Shown in pieces: positions 36,680 to 50,100 of a stretch of 64,000 nt of DNA; the stretch's first letter is position 1; each line of letters starts with the position of its first letter. A program made the position numbers and the translations under genes. Source of the stretch: Rhina ancylostomus (lineage: Eukaryota). Below the pieces are notes generated by a model that had not been told where the DNA came from, did not search any database, and saw only the letters and a list, made by a program, of their open reading frames with translations. The stretch lies in assembly GCA_030265395.1 (NCBI GenBank), contig JARFYF010000084.1, positions 49,619,631 through 49,683,630 of the forward strand, written 5' to 3'.

Positions 36680-39104
36680 AAAGTTTGAATAGAAATCTCT
36701 TTTCTGTGTAATGGAAGGGGCTATAGAGGATAGCACTCATCTCTATATTTATGGAATTTAAGGAAGAGCCCAAGAGAAATGGAATCACCTTCCACTTCAT
36801 TTTCAGGAAGAACATTCTGGATCCTAACATTTTAGATAGGGAAAAAAAATCCCCTTTTCCATAATTTTTCTACGATTTTGAATTTTGGTAATTGTCCCAA
36901 GGGATTTTTTTTCTATTTCCACTATTCTACCTTCCTTATTCCATGAGAGGAGTTCTAATTTCCAACCTCTCCTTTACCAACCCCTACCAGGAAAGACCCC
37001 ATTCCCTGCTATGATGCTGCTAAACTTCCCTGCTGTCCTTTCTCAGGCCTCTGCTTCCTGAAGGAGGAGGCCAGAAATGAAAATAGGTTGGTGTGGTGTA
37101 TTGTTAGGAAAGTGGCAAGTGTAATACTGCAAATGGATTAAATCAACAATGTTTATGGTAGGACAGTGGAAATTTAAGTTACTTTCACCCCTGCACAAGG
37201 TCAAGTATTTTTCATAATACAGGTGAGGTCTCGTCAGTTCTAACAATACTATCTATTCTTCCACCAGTAAACTTGGTCTTGATGTCCAAATCAGGTTTTG
37301 CTTTTCAGGCTGGTTTTATGTATCAGGCCTTGATTGACTACTCAATTAAATTCATTGTGTGGGGTCTTTGAAAAAGGTGAGTGCCCACAATTAGGTGCCA
37401 GTAATCGCTTTACCACAAATCCGTCTTGCAGCTTGAACCTGATGTTAAGGTTTCAATGCGTGTTTGGGAGTTTTGAACCATGCAGGAGAACTTTGGCAAC
37501 CTGCTTTTTATACCATAGCCAACTTTGCATTTTCCTCTTGAAAAAGGAATTAAATCTATTCCTGACTACAATAGTGTGAAGTCTTAGATGAAGTTAGAAT
37601 GGATGATTTCTGAGCCTGCTGCTCTATCATTAGTGGCACAATGTGATTCGGTTTTGCTTCATTCATCTTGTAAAATCTGATCTTGCATGTACCATATCAT
37701 AACTTTATAGCTGATCTTGAACATTTACAAATAGATTGAAGCACAATTTTGGGATTGTTGTTCTAGGGATATTGGAGAATAACTTGGAAGGAAAACAAAT
37801 GTTAGTGAGTAGATGACAAACATGTTATATTTTATAGCAGGAGGGCATCAGCTCCCAGACATCCAGTACACTGTCAGGGAAAGTAATATTGGGCTAACTG
37901 TAATCTATCCTGACAATTGATATTGGATAGTGATCTGAGAACAGATGGCTTCCATTGCATTTGATGAAAGCATGATCAAAAAAGAGGGAGATAGTACTGT
38001 TCCACTTATTGGGCATATGAAGAGATGACTGTGAATTGCTTGCAACGGACTCAAGGCACTTTCAACATTATGCTTAGTTTTACCTTAACACCAGAATTAA
38101 AACAATTTAAAATTAATCTAGAGTTAAAACAACTGCTGAAAATAATGTAGCAAATGAAGTTCTGTGTGTGTGTTTTTTGTTTAGGGATCCGAGTTGTGTC
38201 CTCCTCTGCCACTGTGGTATCAGACCTTCACTTCGATGCTTGCAGAGATGACCTTCATTGCATCGTACCATTATACTCCTTCTCAGGTAACAAATTAATT
38301 CTACCTTGGAAGAAGTAATTTTTGATCATCTTTCACGTTTTTGAATTGTCCTAAATCACTTCAGGACCATTAATTATTTAAATGTATACTCACTGGGTTT
38401 TCATTGGTAGAAGCCAATTTTTGAACGTACAAGAAACAGCACCTTGATAATCTGTTTTAACTGAAGGGTAAATTTTGTTTGAAATACTAGGAGATCTCTG
38501 CCTGTCTTCAGATTGTGCTGCGGAGTCCTTTACAGCCATAAAATCTTGAAACATGGGGGAGAATGATGTTACTGAGCCAGACTGCTCCTTCAACATCTGC
38601 ACAGGCTGCTTGACAATCGTCCTGTTAGCTGCTTTAGTTGCAGTACATAATTTTCTATCCCAATGAGCTTAAGAATTCTAGTTGATATTTAAAACTGATA
38701 ACTAACATGAAGGTTGAATGCTCAGCTCACACTGGCAATCAGCAGGCTCACCATTTCAGACCTGAAACTGATCTAAAGGTATTTAATTTAAACACCACAT
38801 ATTTCCATCACTGCCTTCATTATTAATTATGGTTCGTTAAATAGATTTCCCCATGCTTGCTACACCACCTGCACATTGGTCTGCATAAATAGTTAAATGT
38901 GGATATTGCACATAAACACATCTCCATCTCATACCCCAGGGTTGGTCCACTCGAACTAGGTAGTGTAACAACAGTCATAGAAGAATTATCACAATTAGAA
39001 TCATGATAATGTAACCTTATATTACACTGGGCAAGCATCTGCGCTTGGCAGTCATGTTTCCAGTTGAAGATCCCAAAAGTCAATGAACCTGAGACAAAAA
39101 ATGG

Positions 39105-39597
39105 AATAACAGAATAATAACATCACAAGCACAGCCCTGCCTACCGTTCAAAACATCTACATGAGGCGCTGCCTCAAGAAAATGGCATCTATCATCAAGG
39201 ATCCCCACCAATCCAGGTCATGCCCTCTTCTTCCTCCTATCGGGCAGGAGGTACAGAAGCCTGAAGTCCCACACCACCAGATTTAGGAACAACTACTTTC
39301 CCACAATCATCAGGTTCTTGAACTTGCCTGCACAAACCTAATTCTACCTCAGCAACGGAACATTACAGACCACTTCTTGCAGTACTGTGAACTTCTCTCC
39401 GATTGTGTTTAATTTTTGCACTGATGTCATGCTTTGCACAGTCTTTTTACTTCACTGTCTTGTATAATGTACAGTATGTTCTGTGTGTTGTCTGAGCCTA
39501 CATGCCTGTGATGCTGGTGCAATTAAGTTTTTCATGTATCTGTACCTCACCGTACTTGTGCAAATGACAATAAAATCAACCTGACTTGACTTGATTT
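39105..39597 (+). mobile_element. Rex1/Babar LINE 3' end
   Basis: ctgcctaccgttcaaaacatctacatgaggcgctgcctcaag..cgggcaggaggtacagaagcctgaag (LP..YMRRCLKK..SGRRYRSL); tail (gactt)n. Confidence 0.85.
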
Positions 39598-40974
39598 GAA
39601 CAATGTTTTAAAAAATGTAAGCTTTCCAGATGGGGGAAATGTTACATACAAATACCAAACACTCCTCTAAGATGTTAAAGGCTGAAATGATTAAACAAAT
39701 CTTCTAGGCAATACTCATTTTATATTGCCATTCCCTGATGACATTGCATCCTAAAGCTGATTCTATATGTGCTGGAAATGCTTCATTTATTTTTTTTAAT
39801 GGGTGTAGCACATACTATACAGTTTCCCCTCCTCATCTTGCTACATAATGGTTTAGTCAGTGCTTTGGGTGAACAAGATGCCTAGGGTTTGTATATCTGA
39901 TAAAGAAGACACCACCATACCAATCGGCACAACCATTGAATCAGCCACACGTTTCTGGCACTCTGAAGATTAAATAATTTTTAACCATTGACTTCAAGCT
40001 AACAAGCATCAGTTGAATTCATCTGGGTTTTAAATGTAGCCTTCAACATCAGCACAAATAATATACAGTTACTCAAGAAGAACTTGGCTGCACACTGCAC
40101 CAAAATTAATGAAAGAGTATAACTATGCCTGCAAGTCAGATCAACGCTGCTGATTAATTTACTTTCAAAACCAAAAACATTTAGTTGACATAGCAAAAGC
40201 CATTACCATAGAGGAGATGCAAATTCCAAAGAGCTGTCAGTGTAGTACACAGGGATGCCTTGAGGATGGAGATGTACATTAAAAAGGACAGACATGCAAG
40301 ACTGCAGATCCAATATATGTAATGTGATGAGATTAGTGTGGTCAGTGCTCAAGGATAATAGTTCTACACTGTCCCACTTGCAGTGTACCAACTCAAGCAA
40401 ACATCATTTGAAAACAACAAAGTAGCACAGCAGGGTTTACCAGGAGCAGTAATGTCCAGCAACATTAGGGATAAGTGTGTAAAAGCAACTATGGCTTTTT
40501 AAAAGCCTTTATTTATATCTCCATTAGGAACATAAAATTGTAGCTATAAGCTGTTGCTTAAGGCGTCAATGCATAAGGGGATCAATTGTGTAGCATCTAA
40601 AAATTTTAACCAATGTCATTAATCATCAGATATGGCCATGTCAGTGAATTTTTACCATGTCACTGGTACATACATAAAACAAATGCCAATCAAGTTGATG
40701 TTTAATTTAGTCCTAACTTCGTGCAGTAATTTTTATCTTTAACTGAATTTAAAATTAATGCTCTCCTTTGTATTGATATTAAACCATGTTCTTATTTCTA
40801 ACCAGATGTACTGTACTTTGCCTACAGAAATTTATTAGGGAATTATATTCAAACATGAATAGTTTTGTGGGGCAGTGTTAGCATCAGATACATGGGAATG
40901 CTTTTAAGTAAGAAAGAAAAATTAAATATGGTCTGAGACTTTTCATTTTGCAAATAAATAGAAATAATTATTTT

Positions 40975-41266
40975 TTCAGAGGGTGATGAACATCACTGGT
41001 AAGGTCAACAATTATAGTCCATCCCTAATTACCAACTGCACACAGCAGCCCTTGAGGTTATTTCAGAGGGCAGTTAAAAACCAACCATTTTAGCAGGTCT
41101 AAAGCTACATTTAGACCAGATTGGGTGAGAATGGCAGATTTCCTTCCCTAAATAAAATTAACCAGTAAGATAGGATTTCATCATGATTACCATTACACAC
41201 ATTAGCTTTTTATTCTACATGTATTTACTTACTTTACTATAAACTCTTCAATGGACGTAGTGAGAT
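40975..41266 (-). mobile_element. tRNA-type SINE sharing the LINE tail of the 10540 family
   Basis: ccatccctaatt..atttcagagggcagttaa..ggcagatttccttccctaaa..catgattaccatta. Confidence 0.6.
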
Positions 41267-43744
41267 NNNNNNNNNNNNNNNNNNNNNNNNNNNNNNNNNN
41301 NNNNNNNNNNNNNNNNNNNNNNNNNNNNNNNNNNNNNNNNNNNNNNNNNNNNNNNNNNNNNNNNNNNNNNNNNNNNNNNNNNNNNNNNNNNNNNNNNNNN
41401 NNNNNNNNNNNNNNNNNNNNNNNNNNNNNNNNNNNNNNNNNNNNNNNNNNNNNNNNNNNNNNNNNNNNNNNCAAATGAAAGATCACAGAAATTCCACCTA
41501 TTGAGTGAAACTTCTGAATCCTTTTTTGCAACTAAATAATTTGTTTCACTCTAATATGAAGCAATGAAATGCACCTTAAAGATGAAAAGAAACTGGCATG
41601 TGAAACCCCATGCATCCAATTTTCCATTTTTCAGTTGCTGGCCATAAAGGCAGTTTAGACAGATTAGGAACAATTTACAGCTAACTTAATTAGTCTTTAT
41701 TTTCAGCTCTTATAGGGCACTAATTTATTGGTAGGAATAAATTAAATTGGCCAATCAAAGTTAATTTGAAATAATTTCAATTTGCTGCCTTAATCTTGAA
41801 AAAATGAGTCACCTGATGAAAACAAATGACATGGTGTATTATATCAATGGTAGTAACAGGCAAAGAAAAGCGGTTTTGATGAGACAACAAACCACAGTCT
41901 GATCAAGTGCAAAGTTTATACATTAGTTAGAGCATACAAGGAAAGAAGCATGAATCCTTTCACTCTTAAGTGGTATAAACTTCAAAAATATTTTTTTTAA
42001 ATACCAAGATATCCAGGACAGTGAAAGAATCTTCACAATTAATGAAGGGATTTATAGAACTTCAAGCCATAGTATTGGAAATAGAAACCAAGTGGGACAT
42101 TGGGGCAGCTGAAAAATATGTTCTTTAAGCTCCAGAACATTTGAAATACCCATGGCAATGTAAGTGATGAATCTTAGCTTCGATGTCTTCATCAATAATT
42201 TCTTAGTTGAAGAAGCCAGTCAGTGTGATTTCAGAAAAGGATCGGTTCTATCTATTGAAATTTTCCAGAAGTGCCCTCTCAACAAGAATACCTTACAATA
42301 GAATGCAAGCAAGCAAAATTAATCTTGGACAGAAGAGATATTGATATCAAATAATTTCAGTATCAGATGGTGCATTGAACAGGTGGTGAATACTTAATTG
42401 CATATTCTGCACTATTCTCCAAGATAAAATTCTACCTCAATAAATCCTTGTGTAAAGTTTCACATGAAAAGCTGTAATACCAGCTTAAAGGTGGATAAAC
42501 AACCGAGTGAAAGAGAATACACTATTTTAAGAAAGATGACAAGTACAGAGGATTTATGGTGTAGAATCCTAGGGATCATTATTGGAGAACATACTGTTTC
42601 TGATCTATATCAATAACCTGAACTGACATACACACTGAAGGTTGGTAAATTATGAAGATATAAAACTTGGGAAGGAATCTGTTGAAACATCCAAAAAATT
42701 ATAAGATTTAGACAATAGTTAGGCAGGATGGATTGTAACAGAAAAAACTCAATACGCAGTTTAATAGTATAAGGGTTATAGTTGAGGGTGAGGCTGAGGT
42801 AACCTTGGCTTTATGTGTCAGTGTAAAATAAGTGATAGAAAGTCAGCAGTTTTATATCTCTTTATTTCCATTGAAATCATTTGAATTGGCTGAGGATTCA
42901 AAGGTCAGCTGGTAATATGAAATATATCAATCAGTTGGAATTAATCAAGTTGGGGTAGGCAATTTATTAGCCAATATTAAACATTGTTAATTTGGAGCAA
43001 AAGTACAAGTTTTATTAGTATAAACACAACCATAAATAATCTCAAGAACTGCATGAAGAAGAAAATTGTTAATCTGAAGCTAGGCAAGAAAACTTTTAGC
43101 ATAAGAATAGAACATTGTTAAATTAAAAAAGTTAAGATCCTTTTCCAACTCAGTTTTGGAATGAGGGTCTGCTCATTGGGCCATTACAATTATATCATTC
43201 CACCTTGATTTACATATGTTAATGAGACTGTAAACTGAGAAGGGCGACTAGATCAATTTCAATTTTAAGAAATTTCGATCATGATAAAACAGTTAGTAAG
43301 CCATGGCTGTGAACTCTCTACAATAATGGAGATATTGTAAATGTTCAAGCAGCTCAACTGTTTAAAATGAACAGATAAGGAAAGACTAGGAATGCAACTA
43401 CATGCTACATGCTCCTGGAATTAGGTTAAATAAAAAGGTTATAATCACTAGGCTCTTGAATAAATTGTCAGGATCCTGAGTGAGTGATGAACATCTCTAC
43501 AAACAGAAGGTTTTGGAATATCTTGTTCCACACAGCTCCTGAGAGCTCTTTGATCACCTTTGGAAATAATTTTATGATTTTTTTCATAAATTTGTCCAAT
43601 TTTTAAAAAAATCATTCCCTTTGTTTTCTGGGAGATTGCATGGATGCATGACAAAGCAATCATGTGTCTTCTCAACAGTAATTTGAACCAAATGCCAGGA
43701 GCTTTCCTGAGCCATTAACTGAAGTAGGAATTCCCCCACTCATC

Positions 43745-44450
43745 CACCACACAAGGGCAGGCCTCAAACCCTTTCCACCAGCTGCAAAGGAGGAGCCAGG
43801 GTGTGGTGTAATGCTCTTCTTTCACCTGGATGTGTGCAGCTCCAACAATATTCAAAAAGCTTGACACCATCCAATACAAAGAAACTCACTTGACTGGCAC
43901 TCTCTCCAATCCCAGTATCCCCCCCTTCCACCAATGGTGCAGTATATACCATCTACAAAATGCAAAGCAGTAACTAGCCTTGTTCGCTGTCAAAGGACCT
44001 GTCAAAACTGTGCCTCTTATCACTAAGGAGTAAAAGGTCAGCAGGTGCATTGGAACACAATATAACACTGGCTTCCCTTGAAATTATATAATATCCTTAT
44101 CTGGAAACATATCATCAATTTTTATCATTCCTGGGCCTAAATTCTTAACTTCCTATGCAAGAGCTCAGTGGAAATCTTTCATCAGAAAAAAACTGCGGCA
44201 GTTATAGAGGGTAGTTCATCATTACCTTCTCAAAGGCAATTAGGAAAGGCAATGCCAGCAACGTTTACACTTATGAGGGGACTAATGAAAGATCCCATAA
44301 CAATGCAATCGATTACTACCAGCCCTCTGCAATGGTCCACAGGTCTGCAGACATTCAGGAAGGTGGCTCAAAACCCTCTTCCTAATAGGATAAGCATAAT
44401 TGGATAACTGTTGGTCTTGCCAGCATTATTCACATTCCACATATGAACAA
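43745..44450 (+). mobile_element. LINE 3' fragment with two tandem tails
   Basis: aggcctcaaacc..gcagctccaacaatattcaaaaagcttgacaccatcc; tail motif at about 44190-44270 and again at about 44340-44445. Confidence 0.65.
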
Positions 44451-45999
44451 ATGAAAATCTCTTATCCCTTTACCCATGACTTGGCATTTAATCATTTACC
44501 TGGAAGCTTGAAGAAGTGCCTTGAACAAGTAGCTGTCACCATCTGAATCACAAACTCAAGCATCAGGGACGAAATATGAAGATAAACATTACAGTTTCTT
44601 ATGTGAATCCTTTAAGTAAATGGGCGGTGCTATAAAAGTTCTGGAATGTTACTTTGAAACAAGTAACAATTTTTTAACTTTTGCTACAATTCTACTTTTA
44701 ATGACAAAGTCTCTTTTTAAGATCTGAACCTGGTTCACTACTTCTGTAGATGGTCCCCAGTTGATTGAAAATCACTGCCCTTGTAATAAAGACCATATGG
44801 AGATGAAGTCAATGTATCCTTAGAGAATACAATGAATATTTGGCCTGCTGTGCTCACACTACCACCCTCCACCACTACCCCCACCTGCCCACCACTGCCT
44901 CTCTTAACAGCACCCCAGCATCCACACAGAGAAAATCAGCCCTTTGAGCTCAAAACCGGAGGGCAAAAGCAGCTATTGAAGAAGGCTATTTAAGTCACAA
45001 CAGGAGAAGATGTTTTTGTCCAGAGGCAGCAAAGCTTGCACAGTTTCACTCTTTATTAGTGGAACAGATTTCCTTAAAGTAACGGAACCAACTTCTTTAA
45101 TTAAAATATATCACTCTGATTAAAGATAGTAGATATAGATTCACTGTGTTTGTCACACGCTGTTCACGTTAAAGCAATCTTGATTTTGATGGATGTGTTA
45201 GAGATTTGACAATTTTTCCTTATTAGCTCTGATTTTATTCCAGAAAAAGAACAAAATACTGAATAGACAGGGGCAATACTGAATGAAGCCTACTTGCTGA
45301 AATAAAGAATGTAGCTAAGATTCAACCAGCAAATTGAATCCCTTGGGTTTTATCATTTCGACACAGCTAATCCATTAATTGTCTCTTCTTATTTAACAAA
45401 ATCTTCCCAAGACCATGTGACAATTATTAAAGCCATGTGAATTCTAATGACAGGCAGAAGCAATTTACTTTTAAAATCAGAACTCTCTCCTGCAAAGTTT
45501 TACAGTGGTCATCATAGTTACAGCGAGGCTGAACACAGATGATGAATCAGACCAGGCTGAAGACCAGAAGAACCTGCTGATCTTAAGTAAGAAAGCATTT
45601 TATCAATGTGCCATGGTGTCATTTCTCACCGAGCAATTGACTAAACATGTGGCCTGGCCCACAGGTAAGGGGTTGTAGTAAAGATTTCATGGCAATCAGG
45701 AAGGATGGCAGGCTTAAATGATCTTTCATCTCTATTCTGAGATCCTTGGTAAACTACCTGCTGTTGGCTCTCCACTTCTTCCATGCACTAGCAGTGAACC
45801 AATGCATCGTGTGATTTATGTGTGTCCATGTCATTACACAAGGCGCATGGATGGAGAACTCCACTGCGATTGGAGCAGACAGGAGAGACCCCACAGCACA
45901 GTGTCACTTCTATATATATTTTAGTGGAGGAGGAAGATATTTTGCCTTGTTAGCTCAGTGTTCTGGTAATTAACAACAGGATACACTAATATCCTAATA

Positions 46000-46310
46000 A
46001 ATAGCAGAGCCGCTGCCTCGCAGTGCCAGAGACAAATGTTCAATCCTGGCCTGGGGTGTTATCTGTATGGAGTTTTCATGTTCTCTCTATCATTGTGTGG
46101 GATTCCTCTGGATGCTCCGTTTTCCTCCCATGTCCCAAAGGTCTGAGGTAGGTATGCTAATTTGCCACTGTAAATTGCCCTTAGTGGTGTAGGTGAGTGG
46201 TAGAATCTAGTGGGAGCTGATGCCAATATAGGATTATTGTAAATGGATGTTTGATTGTTTGCACATACTTAGTGGGCTGAAGGGCCTGTTTCTGTGCTTA
46301 ATCTCTTGAT
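46000..46310 (+). mobile_element. V-SINE (HE1-like)
   Basis: gccgctgcctcgcagtgccagagac..gttcaatcctg; V-domain ggagttttcatgttctc..gtgtgggattcctctggatgctccgttttcctcccatgtcccaaag; tail gggctgaagggcctgtttctgtgct. Confidence 0.8.
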
Positions 46311-46629
46311 GACTTTGTGAAAATATCTTGGGTAAATCCATGTGGTAGAGATGGGGATGTGCACCATTTTTAAACAATCCTCTCCTGCCACCCACATCTC
46401 AATTCCCTTCAGCAAATTATGGGGGTTATTTAGGAAATGCAGTTTAATATTGAGCCAATGGAGGAACTGTCCACTAAGGTGCAAACTTTAACATAGTTGA
46501 TTCACCCCTTGGTCGTTCAAAGGATCCAACATATTCCAGAAGGAATTCAATAGCTGTAGAAACTTATGAAAAACAGTCTATTCCAAACAGCCAATTTGTC
46601 CATTGTGGAATTTAAGAACTAAGTAATGA

Positions 46630-46815
46630 GACAATAAACAAGCTGCTGGAGGAACTCAAGGGCTCAGGCAGCATCTGTAGAGGTAAATAGACAGTCTATG
46701 GATTGGGTCAAGACCGTCATCAGTCCAGGTGACCCAAAACATCTCGACCTGCTGAGTTCATCCAGCAGTTTATTTTTTTGATCCAGATTCCAACATCTGC
46801 AGCCTCTTGTGTCTC
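46630..46815. mobile_element. Palindromic Penelope-derived mini-element
   Basis: ctgctggaggaactca (46643-46658) vs tgagttcatccagcag (46753-46768), 15/16 complementary; central hammerhead relic. Confidence 0.75.
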
Positions 46816-46865
46816 CAGAAAGGAGGCAACACTGTTCTGACAGAGGGGCCACCTTTTGGATTAAA

Positions 46866-48105
46866 TGGAATTGGAATTAGTTTATTATTGTTACCTGTAC
46901 CAAGGTACAGTGAAAAACTTGACTTGCATACTGTTCATACAGATCAGTTCATTACACAGTTCATTGAGGTAGTACAAGGTAAAACAATAACAGAATGTAG
47001 AATGAAGTGTAACAGTTACAGTGAAAGTGCAGTGCAGGTAAACAATAAGGTGCAAGGTTGTAATGAGGTAGATTGTGAGGTCAAGAGTCCATTTTACCGT
47101 ACTAGAGAACCGTTCAATTGTCTTATAACAGTGGGGTAGAAGTTGTTCTTGAGCCTGGTGGTACGTGCTTTCAGGCTTTTGTATCTTCTGCCTGATGGGA
47201 GAGGGGAGAAGAGAGAACGTCCAGGTTGGATGGGGCCTTTGATTAAGCTGGCTGCTTTACTGAGGCAGTGTGAACTATAGATAGATTCCATAGTTTCCAT
47301 GAATTGCTGAACTGAGTCCACAACTGTCTGCAGTTTCTTGCGATCACAGGCAGAGCAGTTGCCATACCAAGCTGTGATGCATCCAGATAGGATGCTTTCT
47401 ATGATGCATCAATAAAAATTGACAAGGGTTGACGGGGACATGCCAAATTTCTTTAGCCTCCTGAGGAAGTAGAGATGCTGGTGAACTTTCTTGGCCATAG
47501 CGTCTACTTGGTTGGACCAGGACAGGCTATTGGTGATGTTCACTCCTTGGAACCTGTTCTCAACCCTCTTGACCTCAGCACCATTGATGTGGACAGGAGC
47601 ATGTGCAATGCCCCCCCCTGAAGTCAATGACTCACTCTTTTGTTTTCTGACATTGAAGGAAAGGTTGTTGTTATGACACCATGTCACTAAGCTCTCTATC
47701 TTCTTCCTGTACTCTGACTCATCGTTATTTGAGAAATGGCCCATTACAGTGGAATCATCTGCAAAGTTGTAGAGGGAGTTGATGCAGAATCTGACCACGC
47801 AGTCGTGAGTGTTTAGGTAGTAGAGTAGGGGGCTGAGGATACAGCCTTGTGAGCACTGGTGTTGAGGATATTGTGGTGGAGGTGTTGCTGCCTGTCCTTA
47901 CGGATGCTGGCCTGTCAGTCAGGAAGTCAAGAATCCAGTTGCAGAGGGAGGTGTTGACTCCCAGTTCTCAGAGTTTGCTGATGAGTTTGTTTGGAATTGT
48001 AGTACTGAAGGTGGAGCTGTAGTCAATAAACAATAGTCTAACATAGGTGTCTTTATGTCCAGATTCTCCAGAGATGAGCATAGGGCCAGGGAGTTGGCAT
48101 CCATC
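46866..48105 (-). mobile_element. Rex1/Babar LINE, 5'-truncated (RT C-terminal half + 3' UTR)
   Basis: [60 protein letters not shown]; LFSPLPSGRRYKSLKARTTRLKNNFYP. Confidence 0.95.
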
Positions 48106-48595
48106 GTAATTAAGGCTCTATTAATTTTGTTTTCTTTCATCTATCACTTAAATGAAAATGAAAGTTATTAAAATGCTCTATTAAACAGGATCTCTGGCTT
48201 TGGTAAACAGCTGGACATCAAAGGTCTACTATGTAATTTATTATGAAAAGCTAGCTGTAAAAAAACCTTGCAGAAGTTAAATACCTCTTTTGTTTAAAGA
48301 TTTATGCTGACATCTAATTTTGTATCTTTATTTTCCAGTTAATTGGAACATTTTCACAGTAGGATATTTGCATCCACTGCTAGGTTGTATATTTATTGCT
48401 ATTTTCAGTAAGTTTTATTGTCTGAATCTATTGAAAATATATTAGATGCTTCTTAATCTATTTATGATTATGCTTTGTACATCTTTGTTGAATTCNNNNN
48501 NNNNNNNNNNNNNNNNNNNNNNNNNNNNNNNNNNNNNNNNNNNNNNNNNNNNNNNNNNNNNNNNNNNNNNNNNNNNNNNNNNNNNNNNNNNNNNN

Positions 48596-48671
48596 CCAGC
48601 ATGGAATCCATGTGCTGGACAACAAGGCATTAATGGAGCCAAATTGAGGGCCAGAACTCAAAACCATGACA
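48596..48671 (-). mobile_element. Gypsy-type LTR family A, partial (5' end)
   Basis: ccagcatggaatccatgtgctg..aaccatgaca matches 19718-19793. Confidence 0.85.
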
Positions 48672-48930
48672 TCTGTAGCAATGAATTCCACAGATTCACC
48701 GTCCGTTGACTGAAGAAGTTCCTCCTTATCTCAGTTTTAAAGGTATATCCCTTTAGTCTGAGGCTGTGTCCTCAGACCCTAGACTCTCCTACTAATGTAA
48801 ATACCCTTTCTACATTCACTCTTTCCAGGCCTTACAGTATCTAGCAGTGAATTTCAATGAGATTCACCTTCATTGTTTTGAACTCCATCGAGTATAGGCC
48901 CAGAGACATCAAATGCTCTTCCCTTGGGAT
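48672..48930 (-). mobile_element. CR1 LINE 3' fragment
   Basis: gcaatgaattccacagattcacc..gaagaagttcctccttatctc..ctagactctcc is the antisense of CR1 'SRTRGHSL..FF.QRVVNLWNSL'. Confidence 0.8.
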
Positions 48931-48961
48931 CTTGTCTGGATTATCTTCATACATTTAAGAT

Positions 48962-50100
48962 AGGAGTTTCAATTGGTACAATGATATCTGCTTCCATCAG
49001 TATTTCTCTCTGATGGCTAATAAAACATGTCTAACAGAAAGTACTGCTGACTGCTTACTTTCATCTGGCTGTAGATGGTATTTTTTCTCTAGCTTTCCAG
49101 TTCCTTTAAGCAGCTGCTTTTTGTTGAGCATAGAGCTTACATTTGTAGCAGGCTGTACTCTCATTAAGTTCTCTGCATCTCCAGTTCCATTTGCTGATCT
49201 TCATGGCTACCAAGGATTGGACAAAAAGTTTTCTTCAAGTGAGATGACACAAATCTTTTTTTCATTTTTTCCATTCTTTTCATTTTTCATGTCAGATTAC
49301 ACTTGCCCAGTAATACTACATTTGACCTACCCAAATGATACTTACTGCTGTACATTTTAAGCTCTTGTTTGTCTCTTCATGCTTCCGAGCAAACTTAAAA
49401 ATGATGCTACATGTTCCATCACCATTTACCAAATGTCACACCTCTCTTCCTTCTATTTCCATAGTAGCAAACGTCTGCCCTGGGTACTCGGCCTCCTCTA
49501 CCATGTTCACTTGTTTTACTTTCTCTTTCCTTGGGTTACTGTCATGACCTGGATGTTCTGATACTCTTCCTCAGACATCTTAAGCTTATCTAACTCTGTG
49601 AACTGGTTTTGATGCATTACTATAATTCTTCTGCTTGTTACTCAACTTCCTCCAGTGGGATGAAAGGTGATTCAGCTTCTTGTACTTGTGGTTTTTCTTC
49701 CGATATGAGGTGGATATTTCTCCTTCATCCAGTCATGCTATTTACCAAATTATTTGCATACTTTAAATACTTCCTGTGGTACTCTTTGATTGGATGGGCA
49801 GAATTGTATTACCTCCCATTCAACTTTGGGCAGTCCTGGGGCCCTGCAATTTCTCAGGTCTATGTCTATTTCTCTCGGCAGATGCTCCCTCATTTCTTCA
49901 TCTTGAATTCTGCTTATGGATTGACAAGTTGTTCAGATCGCCAACGTTACAATTTATAGCCAACAACTTCAATTCAATCTAGTATGTGTTGAATGTTCCT
50001 CTATTTACCTGACATCTTCTGAACAACTTGAATCTGTTCACCACCTCAATGCAAAGAGAGCTACAGTAATTCTCAAGGGCTTTGAGGCCATTATTAATAG
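48962..50100 (-). mobile_element. Ancient Gypsy (Mag/K02A2.6-like) gag-protease-RT start fossil
   Basis: Manual minus-strand translation with stops and frameshifts: LKALENYCSSLCIEVVNRFKLFRRCQ..FNTY*IELKLLAINCNVGDL; RIQDEEMREHLPREIDIDL..CRA; TFATMEIEGREV*HLVNGDGTCSII; LKMY..LLGKCNL..PILGS; KGTGKLEKKYHLQPD..VRHVLLAIREK..ADIIVPIETP. Confidence 0.75.

Noticed and set aside
48596-50100. LTR at 48596-48671 as the 3' LTR of the Gypsy fossil
   Set aside because: The geometry fits, but a CR1 lies between them, no PPT is seen, and the LTR family is young while the internal region is heavily decayed.
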